DNA from: Patescibacteria group bacterium | GTDB lineage: Bacteria; Patescibacteriota; Microgenomatia; UBA1400; MFAQ01 | Length of the DNA stretch: 62,455 nucleotides | Assembly (NCBI GenBank): GCA_943355005.1 | Contig: CALRDV010000006.1 | Location: 1 to 62,455, forward strand | Direction of reading: 5' to 3' | Shown here: piece by piece, positions 36,469-47,137 of the stretch | Layout of the letters: each line of letters begins with the position of its first letter | Numbering within the stretch: position 1 is the first letter of the stretch | The notes under the pieces: generated by a model | What the model was told of the DNA's origin: nothing | Seen by the model: only the letters and a program-made list of their open reading frames with translations | Database searches by the model: none | Position numbers and translations under genes: made by a program

Positions 36469-37741
36469 ATATTTGTTGGCCGCGGTTTTGATCTTTATTC
36501 CGTTGTACCCAAAATTTCCTTTGTTCACAGTTCCCTTTACTTACGTTGCAATTCGAGCCGAAGATTTTCTTATTGCTTTGGTTTGGCTATTTTTTATCGC
36601 CAAGGTGTTTCTTCAACGGAAAATTACCTTTCCCAAAGTCACACTGCAATTTGCCGTCTTTTTCTTTATCTCTTTAGTCTCATCGCTTTCGGCTATTCTC
36701 ATCACCAAAAACGTCCAACCTCTGATAACCATTCTTCACTATTTTCGTAGAATCGAATACATGTCGGTCTTTTTCCTGATTTATTGGGCAGGTAGGGATG
36801 TAGGTACTCGCCGATATTTTGTGGAGCTGGCTCTTCTTCCTGCACTTGGGGTTTTTGCTTATGGCATTGCCGAGATTTATTTCGGCGCTCCGGTGATTTC
36901 CACCATGGACTCCGAATCCAGCAAAGGCATTGCTCTGGTACTGCGCCCAGGTGTCACCTTAAACAGTACCTTTGCCGGTCATTACGATCTCGCTGTCTAT
37001 CTCAGTATGATGCTTACCTTCTTAATGTCCTTTACTTCAGAAGCAAAATCTTGGCTTAAGCGACTGCCCTTTATTGGCTTATTTTTATTGATGCTGTGGC
37101 TCTTTATGCAAGCAGGCTCCAGGATTTCTCTTATTGGTATTTTTCTTTCCGTCGGTATTACCGCCTATTATTACCGACAATATCTTCTTGGTTTTATTTT
37201 CTGTTGTTTAATTACCCTTTTTGTCGTCACGTCTCCCCAGTATGTCAGTCGTTTCAAAAGTATTTTCAATGCAATTATCCACACATCACAGCTCATTGTC
37301 CGCCCTGTCTATGCTGCTGTTGCCACCCCTGCTGCTGCCATAGTGAAGACTACCCCGGACGCTCCTCAAGACATATCTACCAATATCCGCCTAAAGGTTG
37401 AGTGGCCAAGAGCCATGAGGGCTTTTTACAAAAGTCCATTCTTCGGAACCGGCTATTCTTCCATTACTTTGGCCACTGACAATGATTATCTCAGGGCTTT
37501 AGGGGAGACTGGACTATTTGGATTACTCTCTTTTCTTGCTCTGCTTTTCGCTATTGCCAAATTTCTGCTTCAGACGGTCAGGAAAGTTTCCGGCATTGAT
37601 AAGGTAATTATTGTCTCCGCCATAGGTATCTTCGTGGCTTTTCTTACTACGGCCACCTTTATAGATGTCTTCGAATCAAGTAAGATTTCTATTCTCTTCT
37701 GGGCATATATGGGATTAGCATTTAGCACACAATCAAAATGA
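36419..37741 (+). CDS. O-antigen ligase/polymerase-like (Wzy_C family) membrane protein
   Basis: About 10 TM helices, QAGSRISLIG, large loop, then PFFGTGYSS. Start uncertain: GTG at 36416 or ATG at 36419, about 50-nt overlap upstream. Confidence 0.6.
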   Translation: MLKLDGRISTLLDSFYKYLLAAVLIFIPLYPKFPLFTVPFTYVAIRAEDFLIALVWLFFIAKVFLQRKITFPKVTLQFAVFFFISLVSSLSAILITKNVQPLITILHYFRRIEYMSVFFLIYWAGRDVGTRRYFVELALLPALGVFAYGIAEIYFGAPVISTMDSESSKGIALVLRPGVTLNSTFAGHYDLAVYLSMMLTFLMSFTSEAKSWLKRLPFIGLFLLMLWLFMQAGSRISLIGIFLSVGITAYYYRQYLLGFIFCCLITLFVVTSPQYVSRFKSIFNAIIHTSQLIVRPVYAAVATPAAAIVKTTPDAPQDISTNIRLKVEWPRAMRAFYKSPFFGTGYSSITLATDNDYLRALGETGLFGLLSFLALLFAIAKFLLQTVRKVSGIDKVIIVSAIGIFVAFLTTATFIDVFESSKISILFWAYMGLAFSTQSK

Positions 37742-39159
37742 TGAAAAAATTTCTAATTCTCGGTATTCTGGTTTTGGCTCTCTTTCTCCGCCTCTACAAA
37801 ATTGATAATCCTATTGCAGATTGGCATTCTTTTCGTCAAGCCGATACAGCCTCAGTAAGTCGGAATTTTATTGAAAAGGGGATAAACATGCTTGCCCCTA
37901 CATATCACGATAATTCCAATATTCAGTCAGGCAAAGATAATCCCAATGGTTATCGAATGGTCGAATTTCCCATCTACAATGCCCTACACGCCTTCGTTTA
38001 TCGTCTTCATCCGGCGTGGGGTGTAGATATGTCCGGACGCCTAACTTCCGTGTTCTTATCCCTCATTTCCATCTATCTTGTTTTTCTGATTGGTGAAAAG
38101 CTCTCCGGAACTTTCGTGGGCTTTCTCGCGGCAATATTTATGGCTGTCCTACCTTTCAATATTTATTATTCGCGGGTGATTTTGCCTGAGCCTTTGATGA
38201 TTACTGCTGTGCTGGCTTCTTATTGGTATCTGATAAAAATGTCTGAATCATTGGGGGTTCAAAAAAGATTTTACTTGCTGATTAGCACTCTTTTATTTGC
38301 TGTCGCTATTCTAGTCAAACCATTTGCCCTCTTTTTTGCCTTGCCTCATTTAGCCATTGTCTTCCGATCCTGGGCGAAGGGTGAGCTGCACACTTTTGAC
38401 ATTATTGTTTTTAGTATTCTTGGAGTTGCCCCATTTATCTGGTGGAGAAATCATATCCTACTTTATCCCACCGGTATCCCGGCCAGCGATTGGCTATTGA
38501 ATTCTACAGGTATTAGATTTCGACCCGCCTGGTTCCGTTGGCTCTTTAGTGAGCGCATTGGCAAATTAATTCTTGGTGTTTATGGTACCACTTTCTTGAT
38601 GCTAGGTCTGATAGCCAAGCCAAAAGATGAAGGTCTTGCTTACTGGCTTTGGGCCATTGGTATTGTTTTGTATTTCAGTGTCGTCGCCGGAGGCAATGTC
38701 CAGCATGACTACTACCAGGCTATCATTATTCCTTTTATTTGCTTTATGCTAGCCAAAGGAGCCCATCTGATGTTAAGTTTGTCGAAGACTACTTATTCCC
38801 GTTTCTTAACTATTATGATGACATTGGTCATCTTTGTTTCTATGATTTCACTTTCTTGGTACGAGATCAAGGGATATTATCAAGTAAACAACTGGCCTAT
38901 TGTCGAAGCCGGCATGCAGGTAGACAAAATAGTTCCGAAGGACGCCAAAGTAATCGCTCCATACAATGGTGATACTGCCTTCTTATATCAGACCCATCGC
39001 GCCGGCTGGCCCCTTGGCTATGACATAGAAGACAAGGTGGCTAAAGGCGCCACTTACTATGTCTCTGTTTCATATGACGACGAAGCCAGAGCTCTAGAGA
39101 AAAAATATACTTTGGTCGAAAAAACGGACAAGTTTATTATCATCAAGCTTTCTAAATAA
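37738..39159 (+). CDS. GT-C fold membrane glycosyltransferase (GT39/ArnT-like)
   Basis: TM1 then NPIADWHSFRQADTASVSRNF (loop-1 motif), multi-TM core, ~100-aa soluble C-terminus. Confidence 0.68.
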   Translation: MMKKFLILGILVLALFLRLYKIDNPIADWHSFRQADTASVSRNFIEKGINMLAPTYHDNSNIQSGKDNPNGYRMVEFPIYNALHAFVYRLHPAWGVDMSGRLTSVFLSLISIYLVFLIGEKLSGTFVGFLAAIFMAVLPFNIYYSRVILPEPLMITAVLASYWYLIKMSESLGVQKRFYLLISTLLFAVAILVKPFALFFALPHLAIVFRSWAKGELHTFDIIVFSILGVAPFIWWRNHILLYPTGIPASDWLLNSTGIRFRPAWFRWLFSERIGKLILGVYGTTFLMLGLIAKPKDEGLAYWLWAIGIVLYFSVVAGGNVQHDYYQAIIIPFICFMLAKGAHLMLSLSKTTYSRFLTIMMTLVIFVSMISLSWYEIKGYYQVNNWPIVEAGMQVDKIVPKDAKVIAPYNGDTAFLYQTHRAGWPLGYDIEDKVAKGATYYVSVSYDDEARALEKKYTLVEKTDKFIIIKLSK

Positions 39160-39162
39160 TTT

Positions 39163-40371
39163 ATGAAGATCTTGATGCTTACTCCTTACCTGCCGTATCC
39201 GGATAGTTCCGGTGGTCAAATAAGAACCCAAAATCTCTTGAAGCATCTTTGTAAACATCATGAGATAACTTTGATTTCATTAATCAAAGATCCAAAAGAG
39301 AACGACAATGTAAAGCATTTATTAAAATACTGCAAAAAAGTTTTAACTTTTGAAAGAAGCCGCACGCCTTGGACGATAAAAAATATTCTCAAGACGGGTT
39401 TTTCTTTTGATCCATTCCTGATCGTCCGCAATCATGCCCCGGGTGTCAAAGAAGCCGTTACGAAAGAATTAGAAACCGGTAAATATGACCTTGTCCACGC
39501 GGAAACTTTCTATGTGATGCCAAGTATCCCCAAAACCGATTTACCTATTATTCTAGTGGACCAAACAATAGAATATCTGGTCTACCAGCATTATGTAAAC
39601 GAAACTGCTCTTTGGTTTCTTAGACCTCTCTTGCAGATTGATGTGGAAAAGACCAAATATGCCGAGAGATATTATTGGCGTCAGGCGAATCAGGTGGTCG
39701 CAGTGTCCGAGGCAGATCGCAAAGAGATGCTAAGGTTAGAACCGGAAATAGATGTAAGAGTTGTTCAAAACGGTGTAAATTTGGATTTATTTAAAAAAAA
39801 GACAAGATGGGATACAAAAGAAAAAGTGATAATGCAGCTTAGCAACTTCCGTTGGCTTCAAAACATAGAAGCAGCGGAGGTGCTCATCAAAGAAGTTTTT
39901 CCTCTAGTCCAGGAAAAGATCAAAAATGTAAAGCTGTGGATTGTCGGGCAACATATTCCGACTGCTATATCGGAAATGGCAACAAAGGGGGTAATCATCA
40001 AAGACTTCCCGCCGGAAGACGCAGACTCTTTAACAGTATGTCTTCAAAACGCCTCAGTTTTTGCATCCACCATAAAGGGTCCGGGTGGTTCTAGGCTAAA
40101 GAATCTTGCCGCTATGGCCAGTCAGCTACCAATCGTTTCGACCAGGGTTGGTGTCGAGGGTCTAGATGTAGAAAACCGTAAACATGTTCTCATTGGCAAC
40201 TCTTCAAAAAAAATAGCTGATTTGATTGTCAAAGTGATAAAATCACCCGCGTTGGCAAAGCGGTTGGCGGTTACCACTAGAAAACATGTCGAAGAAAACT
40301 TCGATTGGCGGATAATGGCTGACAGGCTCGATACACTATATAAAAAATTAGGAAAAAATGAAAAAGAATAA
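39163..40371 (+). CDS. GT4-family (GT-B) glycosyltransferase
   Basis: [26 protein letters not shown]-terminus; C-terminal [22 protein letters not shown]. Confidence 0.75.
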   Translation: MKILMLTPYLPYPDSSGGQIRTQNLLKHLCKHHEITLISLIKDPKENDNVKHLLKYCKKVLTFERSRTPWTIKNILKTGFSFDPFLIVRNHAPGVKEAVTKELETGKYDLVHAETFYVMPSIPKTDLPIILVDQTIEYLVYQHYVNETALWFLRPLLQIDVEKTKYAERYYWRQANQVVAVSEADRKEMLRLEPEIDVRVVQNGVNLDLFKKKTRWDTKEKVIMQLSNFRWLQNIEAAEVLIKEVFPLVQEKIKNVKLWIVGQHIPTAISEMATKGVIIKDFPPEDADSLTVCLQNASVFASTIKGPGGSRLKNLAAMASQLPIVSTRVGVEGLDVENRKHVLIGNSSKKIADLIVKVIKSPALAKRLAVTTRKHVEENFDWRIMADRLDTLYKKLGKNEKE

Positions 40372-41284
40372 ATTTGAACTTGGCGTCATCATAGTCAATT
40401 ACAATACTGAGAAATTAACCGAAGATTGTTTAAACTCTGTCTTCAAAGCCGATGCTCCCAAAGGCGGGCTTCAGGTAGTGGTTGTCGATAACGGTTCCAA
40501 GGATGGAAGCTTGGAGATGCTTAAAAAAATGGCCAAGAAGCATGAAAATCTGATATTGGTGGAAAACTCCAAAAACTTAGGTTTTTCAAAAGGCAACAAC
40601 GTTGGTGTCGAAGCCGGCGACGCAAAACATCTGCTATTTTTAAATTCGGATACTGTCATCAAGCGGTATAGTCTAGTTAAACCACTTAAGTATTTGAAGA
40701 TGCATCCCAAAGTCGGTGCGATTACAATAAGGCTTTATTTGAAAGACGGCTCGATTGATTATGACAATCACCGAGGTTTCCCCACTCCATGGACTGCCAT
40801 TACCAAGTTTTCAGGATTTGCGTCACTTTTTCCTAAATCCACTTTCTTTAATAACTATCACTTGGGTTTTAGAAAGCTGGATAAGATTCACCAAATCCCT
40901 GTCGCCGCCGGATCTTGGCTGATGATACCCAACAAACTATTCCATCAAGTGGGTATGTGGGACACAAATTATTTTCACGGAGGCGAAGATATAGATCTTT
41001 GTTATCGCATCAATGAAGCCGGATACAAAATTATTTATTACCCCAAAGTAAGCACTCTGCACCTACGGGGAGCGACCTCAGGTATCCGAAAAGAAAATGC
41101 CATGGCAGCTGCTTCAAATAAGGCCAATCGCATGAAAGTCGCCAAAGCCTCAACCGATGCTTGGAGAATTTTTTACAACAAGTACTACACAAAAAAGTAT
41201 CCTTTTTTTGTTACTGCTCTGGTAATTGGGGGGATAGCATTACTCGGTAACATTAGATTTTTAAAATACAAATTATCCAAATGA
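40358..41284 (+). CDS. GT2-family glycosyltransferase
   Basis: [49 protein letters not shown]; paralog of 35560-36468. Confidence 0.8.
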   Translation: MKKNKFELGVIIVNYNTEKLTEDCLNSVFKADAPKGGLQVVVVDNGSKDGSLEMLKKMAKKHENLILVENSKNLGFSKGNNVGVEAGDAKHLLFLNSDTVIKRYSLVKPLKYLKMHPKVGAITIRLYLKDGSIDYDNHRGFPTPWTAITKFSGFASLFPKSTFFNNYHLGFRKLDKIHQIPVAAGSWLMIPNKLFHQVGMWDTNYFHGGEDIDLCYRINEAGYKIIYYPKVSTLHLRGATSGIRKENAMAAASNKANRMKVAKASTDAWRIFYNKYYTKKYPFFVTALVIGGIALLGNIRFLKYKLSK

Positions 41285-42417
41285 GAATTGGCATTGATTG
41301 TCGGCTTTATGGGTTGGAGCATACCGGACTCGGTCGTTATGTCATGGAATTGGTCAAATTTGTTTTGAAGAATGATAAGAAGAATAAATTTGTTCTTTTC
41401 TTAAATAGCCGGCATGCGGCTGAATTCCAAAACCGTAAGCGTGTAAAGGTGGTTGTCACCAATGTCCCTATTTATGGTTTTGCTGAGCAGATCGTCATGC
41501 CTTTTGTCTTTGGAAGAGAAAAGCTGGATTTACTTCATGTCCCCCATTTCAATGCACCCTTGCTTTACCCCGGTAAATTAGTTTTGACGATTCATGATTT
41601 GATTAAGCATTATTCCACCGGCATGGCTACCACCACCAGAAAACCATGGCTCTATGCCATCAAGAGGATGGGATATTTACTGGAGCTTTCACTGATTTCC
41701 CGCAAAGCTGCCCATATCATCGTTCCTTCAAATTTTGTGAAGCAGGATGTGTCTAGTCGACTGCGTGTACCTTTGGAAAACATCTCAGTAACTTACGAAG
41801 CTGTTTCGGGCACTATAAATGACATAGTTTTGGATAATAAAGATAAAAAGGAAGTATTAGAAAAATATCACTTAAATCAACCATTCTTAATCTATACCGG
41901 CAATATCTATCCTCATAAAAACGTGGAGATCCTAATAGATGCAGTCGCCGGTCACAATCGAGAAAAAGAGCTGGACTTGGAATTGGCTATTATTTGTTCT
42001 CGGTCGGTTTTCTGGGACAGGCTAAACGAAAAAATACGTAGTAGGGGATTGGAAAGTGTAGTAAAACTCTTGGGCTATGTCGACGACGAGGGTGTCTCCA
42101 AACTTTATAGTTTGGCCTTGATGCTGGTCCACCCCAGTAAGATGGAGGGTTTTGGTCTTACCGGTTTGGAAGCTATGAATGTGGGTCTACCTGTGATTGC
42201 CGCTCACGCCAGCTGTCTTCCTGAAGTCTATGGGGACGCAGCCCTCTTTTTCGATCCGGAGAACGTTGAAGATTTGGAAATGAAAATAAATCAATTGATA
42301 AAGGATCCTGATTTGAGAGAACAGTTGATAGAGAAAGGTTATCTTCAATCTAGAAAATATTCCTGGAACCGTATGGGTAAGGAAACCGTCTCCATTTACA
42401 ACTCCCTCACTAAATGA
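41281..42417 (+). CDS. GT4-family (GT-B) glycosyltransferase
   Basis: [40 protein letters not shown]. Confidence 0.85.
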   Translation: MRIGIDCRLYGLEHTGLGRYVMELVKFVLKNDKKNKFVLFLNSRHAAEFQNRKRVKVVVTNVPIYGFAEQIVMPFVFGREKLDLLHVPHFNAPLLYPGKLVLTIHDLIKHYSTGMATTTRKPWLYAIKRMGYLLELSLISRKAAHIIVPSNFVKQDVSSRLRVPLENISVTYEAVSGTINDIVLDNKDKKEVLEKYHLNQPFLIYTGNIYPHKNVEILIDAVAGHNREKELDLELAIICSRSVFWDRLNEKIRSRGLESVVKLLGYVDDEGVSKLYSLALMLVHPSKMEGFGLTGLEAMNVGLPVIAAHASCLPEVYGDAALFFDPENVEDLEMKINQLIKDPDLREQLIEKGYLQSRKYSWNRMGKETVSIYNSLTK

Positions 42418-43508
42418 AAATCGCCCTCGTCTACGACCGAATCAATAAGTTCGGCGGTGCCGAAAGACTTCTCTTGTCTCTTCACAAACTCTATCCGGAT
42501 GCTCCTGTGTATACTTTGGTCCACAATCCAAAAACTTCTGCTTGGGCAAAAGATCTCAAAATAATTCCTACTTTCTTAAACAAAATCCCCTTCCTAAGGA
42601 CACATCACGAATGGCTGTCTCCTCTTGCTCCTTTAGCTTTTGAAACTTTAGATTTCTCCAGTTACGATATTATTATTAGTCTTACCAGTAGTGACGCTAA
42701 AGCAGTTATCACCAAACCAAATCAACTTCATATTTGTTACTGCTTAACACCCACTAGATATTTCTGGAGTGGATCGACAGAATACTCGCAAGATACTAAA
42801 TTAAAAATCCTTCCTGATTTCCTAAAAAAGTATTTCAAAAGTGTTGATTTATCAATCTCAGAAAGACCGGATGAATACATATCTATTTCAAAAGAGGTAC
42901 AAGACCGAGTAAATAAATACTACAAAAGGATGTCTTCCGTCGTCTATCCCCCAATAGAGGATAAATTTTATACAAAACAACCAGTTCCTCTTGAAAATAG
43001 GCAGTTTTATCTAATTGCAGGGCGACTTATTCCCTACAAAAGAGTAGACCTTGCCATCTCAGTCTTTAATAAATTAAACTTGCCTTTGATAATCATCGGG
43101 AAGGGGAGTGAGGGATTAAGGCTGAAACGTATGGCAGGTAAAAACATTAAGTTTCTCGGTTTGGTAGATGACAAAAAATTGATCGAGTGTTACCGCCACG
43201 CCAAAGCTTTGATATTCCCTGCTGACGAAGATTTTGGTCTTGTTCCTGTAGAAGCCCAAGCTTCCGGCACCCCAGTAATAGCTTTCAATGGGGGAGGTGC
43301 GAAAGAAACAGTCATTCACAGAAAGACGGGACTCTTATTTGATGAGCAAACGGAATTTTTCATGATGTCTTCTGTAAAGGAATTCGAAAAGATCAAGATA
43401 GACCCCAAGGACTGCATCGCCAACGCCCGCAAATTCAATCAAGCCAAGTTCAGCTTGGATTTCTCCTCCGAAATCGATAGACTTTGGGTTAAATATCGCC
43501 GGCGTTAA
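42414..43508 (+). CDS. GT4-family (GT-B) glycosyltransferase
   Basis: [20 protein letters not shown]; PADEDFGLVPVEAQASGTPVIAFNGGGAKETV. Confidence 0.8.
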   Translation: MKIALVYDRINKFGGAERLLLSLHKLYPDAPVYTLVHNPKTSAWAKDLKIIPTFLNKIPFLRTHHEWLSPLAPLAFETLDFSSYDIIISLTSSDAKAVITKPNQLHICYCLTPTRYFWSGSTEYSQDTKLKILPDFLKKYFKSVDLSISERPDEYISISKEVQDRVNKYYKRMSSVVYPPIEDKFYTKQPVPLENRQFYLIAGRLIPYKRVDLAISVFNKLNLPLIIIGKGSEGLRLKRMAGKNIKFLGLVDDKKLIECYRHAKALIFPADEDFGLVPVEAQASGTPVIAFNGGGAKETVIHRKTGLLFDEQTEFFMMSSVKEFEKIKIDPKDCIANARKFNQAKFSLDFSSEIDRLWVKYRRR

Positions 43509-44535
43509 TTCTTTCTACGACTTGTCCCACATTTCCGCTTTCTGTTTTTTTTGAAATCAAGATTCCTTCTTCGGATTCAATGACTACGATATCGCTCATC
43601 CCGATAGTAGCCACAATTTTTCCGGAATCACTCCATAAAAAATTATTTTCACCATCTAATTGAACTTGACCTCCATTTTTTGCAAAATAGTTGTTCTCTC
43701 TAAAAAACTTATCCACAAATTCCCAGGTACCAAAATCTGTCCATTTAAATGGTTGAAGTATCACTAGCGACTCATTTGCAAAATGTGAAAGTTTGGACAC
43801 TTCTTCCAGAGTTCCTCTGTTCATTTTTGAGTATTCGATATCCAAATCTTCTCCATTTATAATTGCCAACAAAGGATTGTACCAATCAGGTCTGAATTTT
43901 TGATACATTGCTAGAAGATTGTTCGGTGTCATGGCTGTATGGTTCGTATGAACTAGTAGCGAGCCAGAGCCAATTAATTCTTGAATTTTGGCACTTTCTG
44001 ATCTGTCCAAGTAATCGGCAATCTCATAGACTTGAATTCTGTCGTCCCCACTTATCAATTTTCCCTTAACCAAATAATCTACCCCCAGGACTATTCTGTC
44101 AGGGACAAATCCTGCTGTAACATATTTATTGGTCGTCTTAGCCAGATTCTCTGCCACATCAATAAATTTAATAAATTCCTCCTCCGGCTGACGTAAGTCA
44201 TCCACTTGAACTAACATAAATGGCTCATCTCCTCTTCCGGCTTTTTTAAGAAACGCAGCGGCTAGTCCGGTCGCCGGTCCCTGATTTCTGGTTTCCGGTT
44301 CAATAAAAATATTTTCCTTGCGTAATTCACTTACTTGTGAATGAGCTACTTTTGCTTGAGACGAGTTGGTTTGTAGATATATTTCTTCAGGAGAAAATTT
44401 CTTCCTAAGTGTCTCCCAGTTAGCTTGAAATAAAGATTTACCATCAACAAAAGGTAAAAAGTGTTTTGGCAGAGTAGGGGTACTTAACGGCCACATTTTG
44501 GCTCCCACGCCCCCACAGATTATTACTGGTATCAT
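43489..44535 (-). CDS. Mannose-1-phosphate guanylyltransferase-like nucleotidyltransferase
   Basis: MIPVIICGGVGAKMWPLS..PKHFLP N-terminus typical of ManC/CpsB; no C-terminal isomerase domain. Confidence 0.72.
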   Translation of the reverse strand: MIPVIICGGVGAKMWPLSTPTLPKHFLPFVDGKSLFQANWETLRKKFSPEEIYLQTNSSQAKVAHSQVSELRKENIFIEPETRNQGPATGLAAAFLKKAGRGDEPFMLVQVDDLRQPEEEFIKFIDVAENLAKTTNKYVTAGFVPDRIVLGVDYLVKGKLISGDDRIQVYEIADYLDRSESAKIQELIGSGSLLVHTNHTAMTPNNLLAMYQKFRPDWYNPLLAIINGEDLDIEYSKMNRGTLEEVSKLSHFANESLVILQPFKWTDFGTWEFVDKFFRENNYFAKNGGQVQLDGENNFLWSDSGKIVATIGMSDIVVIESEEGILISKKTESGNVGQVVERINAGDI

Positions 44536-44596
44536 ATTTGGCCATTATAACTCAGACAACTATTCCGGTAAACCTGATAAAATACATTTACCTTTT

Positions 44597-45247
44597 ATGT
44601 TTTACGATATTGAAAAACGGCTTATAGACATTGTCGGGGCACTAATTATGGGAATTCTTTTCCTTCCGATATGGATAATAATTCCAATTTTATTGAAGCT
44701 GGATTCCAACGGTCCTATCTTTTATAAGCCTGAGAGGGTAGGTAAAGACGGCAATATTTTTGGAATGTACAAATTCCGCTCCATGAAGATGTTCGAAGTT
44801 GACGGTAAAGTCGTGCATGCAGTAGAGTTCTGGAACCACAATCCCAAACTTTTCGAAAAATACAAGAAAGCTGGTTGGAAGCTAGAGCTCGATGAAGATC
44901 CCCGTATTACAAAACTAGGCAAAATTCTAAGGCAAACAAGTATTGACGAAATGCCCCAAGTGATAAACGTTTTAAGAGGAGAGATGAGTCTGGTGGGACC
45001 CAGAGCTTATGTGGAGCCGGAACTTAAGGATGCAGAAAAACGATACGGTAAAACAATAAGCAAAGTTATAAAGGAAAGTCTCAGTGTGAAGCCAGGCATC
45101 ACCGGGCCATGGCAAGTATCAGGGCGGAATGAAATCCCATGGAATCAGAGAGTGGCTATCGACGCCGACTACGCGAAGAGAAAGTCCCTCCTTTATGATA
45201 TCTACATCATACTCAAGACTCCTTTTGCTATGATTAGTAAGTGGTAA
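44597..45247 (+). CDS. Polyprenyl-phosphate sugar-1-phosphate transferase (monotopic PglC/WbaP-type initiating enzyme)
   Basis: KRLIDIVGALIMGILFLP re-entrant helix, YKFRSM, DPRITKLGKILRQTSIDEMPQVINVLRGEMSLVGPRA. ATG at 44597 chosen because the longer ORF overlaps the divergent gene. Confidence 0.85.
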   Translation: MFYDIEKRLIDIVGALIMGILFLPIWIIIPILLKLDSNGPIFYKPERVGKDGNIFGMYKFRSMKMFEVDGKVVHAVEFWNHNPKLFEKYKKAGWKLELDEDPRITKLGKILRQTSIDEMPQVINVLRGEMSLVGPRAYVEPELKDAEKRYGKTISKVIKESLSVKPGITGPWQVSGRNEIPWNQRVAIDADYAKRKSLLYDIYIILKTPFAMISKW

Positions 45248-45262
45248 CAATTAACTTTTTCT

Positions 45263-47134
45263 ATGAAAATAAATTTTAAGTTCAACAAAAAAATTCTGTA
45301 TGTCCTAATTCCATTATTGGTAATCATCTTGTTACTCGGAGGATTTGGTTTGTATGGTTACACCACAGCCAAAACATTTACACCAAACATTCAAGCGCTC
45401 CAAGAAACAGGCGCCAAACTTTCGGCAGCTTTTCAAGGTCAGGACTTAGTGATGGCAAAAGTTGAAGCCGGAAATTTATCCAAACAAGTCGAAGAACTCA
45501 ATACCAAGTATCAGAAAGTCGCTTGGATTGGATCACTTCCCTTCATTGGTGCTTATCAGAAAGATGGTCAGCACGGTATCAATGCCGGCAAGTCTCTAAC
45601 GAAGTCTGTAGAAACTTTAATCTCTTCAGTCGAACCCTACGCCGATTTGCTTGGTTTCAAAACCGGTGCCGCAACTCCTTCAGGAATGCCAAAAGCTCAG
45701 TCTATCGAAGACAAAATTGTTTTTATGGCTCAGACCTTGGACAAGATCAGTCCTGAGTTAGACAAAGTTGAGGTGGACATGGCCGCCGCCCAAAAAGAAC
45801 TTGATCAAATCGATGCCAATCGCTATCCGGAATCATTCGCGGGTAAGAACATCCGTAACAAAATTGTCGAGGTAAAAGCCACAGTTGCCGATTCTACAAA
45901 GCTTCTTACTCAATCCAAACCTCTTATCAAACTTCTTCCGGAGTTATTGGGCAATCAAGCCCCCAAAACTTATATGGTCCTTTTTCAGAACGATGCCGAG
46001 CTGCGTCCTACCGGTGGATTCATGACCGCTTATGCGTTCTTGAGAGTTAGTAAGGGTAAGATTGAGCCACTTTCTTCTTTTGACATTTATGATTTGGACG
46101 CCAGATTTAATAAAAAAGTTCCGGCTCACGAAGCTATCAAGAAATATTTAAATGAAACTTATCTTAATCTTCGAAATTCAAACATGTCACCGGATTACAA
46201 AGTTTCCATGGATCTTTTCTACAAATATTATCGCGATATTCCGGGGTTCCCTAAGCCGGATGCTATCGTCGCTATCGATACTCGTTTTCCGGTCGAAATC
46301 TTGAAAGTAATTGGCAAAATTGGTGTAGGTGGCTGGGGCAACTTTGGTCCGGAGAACGACCCTGCGTGCGACTGTCCTCAAGTAGTGTACCAATTGGAGT
46401 TGATTGCTGACAAACCGGTTGCCGGTACTAGAGTTGCACGCAAAGCAGTTCTTGGACCTCTTATGCACTCCATGATGGCCAATGCTATGGGAAGTCCCAA
46501 GCACATCTGGCCCAAACTCATCAATGTAGTTCTCGACGCTATTAAGCAAAAGCATCTCATGTTCTACTTCATGGAAGATAAGAATCAGATATTAGCTGAG
46601 GACTTCAATGCTGCCGGTCGAATTCGGCCATACGCCTATGATTATTTACATATCAATGATGCCAATCTTGGTGGAGCCAAGTCCGATATGTATATCACTC
46701 GTGAAGTGGAGCAAGATATTGAAAAAGTTGGCGACGCAGTCACCAAAACAGTTTCTATCAGCTATAACAATCCCCGAAAAGGCAGTAATTGTAATCTGGA
46801 AGCAGGTCAACTTTGTTTAAACGGAGTCTATCGGGATTATGTAAGACTTCTCGTCCCCAAAGGTTCCAAGCTTATATCTGTCGTCGGTTCCGAAGTGAAA
46901 GAGCAAGTTTCAGAGGACTTGGATAAGACAGTTTTTGAAGCCTTCTTTACCATGAGACCTCAGTCTTCAAGCAAGATAGTGTTCAAGTATCAACTTCCCC
47001 CCTTGGATCTCACTACTTACAAGATGATGATTCAGAAACAGCCGGGTACCACTTCTATTAAACACACGATTATTTTCAATAGTAGCCAGACTGTCGTAGA
47101 TGTGAATGAGGATAAAGAAATCGTTCTTAACTAA
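45263..47134 (+). CDS. DUF4012-domain membrane-anchored protein
   Basis: N-terminal TM; LFQNDAELRPTGGFMTAYAF matches the DUF4012 core (N.aElR.tGG) as recalled. Confidence 0.62.
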   Translation: MKINFKFNKKILYVLIPLLVIILLLGGFGLYGYTTAKTFTPNIQALQETGAKLSAAFQGQDLVMAKVEAGNLSKQVEELNTKYQKVAWIGSLPFIGAYQKDGQHGINAGKSLTKSVETLISSVEPYADLLGFKTGAATPSGMPKAQSIEDKIVFMAQTLDKISPELDKVEVDMAAAQKELDQIDANRYPESFAGKNIRNKIVEVKATVADSTKLLTQSKPLIKLLPELLGNQAPKTYMVLFQNDAELRPTGGFMTAYAFLRVSKGKIEPLSSFDIYDLDARFNKKVPAHEAIKKYLNETYLNLRNSNMSPDYKVSMDLFYKYYRDIPGFPKPDAIVAIDTRFPVEILKVIGKIGVGGWGNFGPENDPACDCPQVVYQLELIADKPVAGTRVARKAVLGPLMHSMMANAMGSPKHIWPKLINVVLDAIKQKHLMFYFMEDKNQILAEDFNAAGRIRPYAYDYLHINDANLGGAKSDMYITREVEQDIEKVGDAVTKTVSISYNNPRKGSNCNLEAGQLCLNGVYRDYVRLLVPKGSKLISVVGSEVKEQVSEDLDKTVFEAFFTMRPQSSSKIVFKYQLPPLDLTTYKMMIQKQPGTTSIKHTIIFNSSQTVVDVNEDKEIVLN

Positions 47135-47137
47135 TAA

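Noticed and set aside
37096-37401. 101-aa ORF with a CCCCHPCCCH stretch
   Set aside because: It lies inside, and out of frame with, the Wzy-like membrane gene. The Cys run comes from GCTGCTG codon repeats (AAVATPAAA in the real frame).
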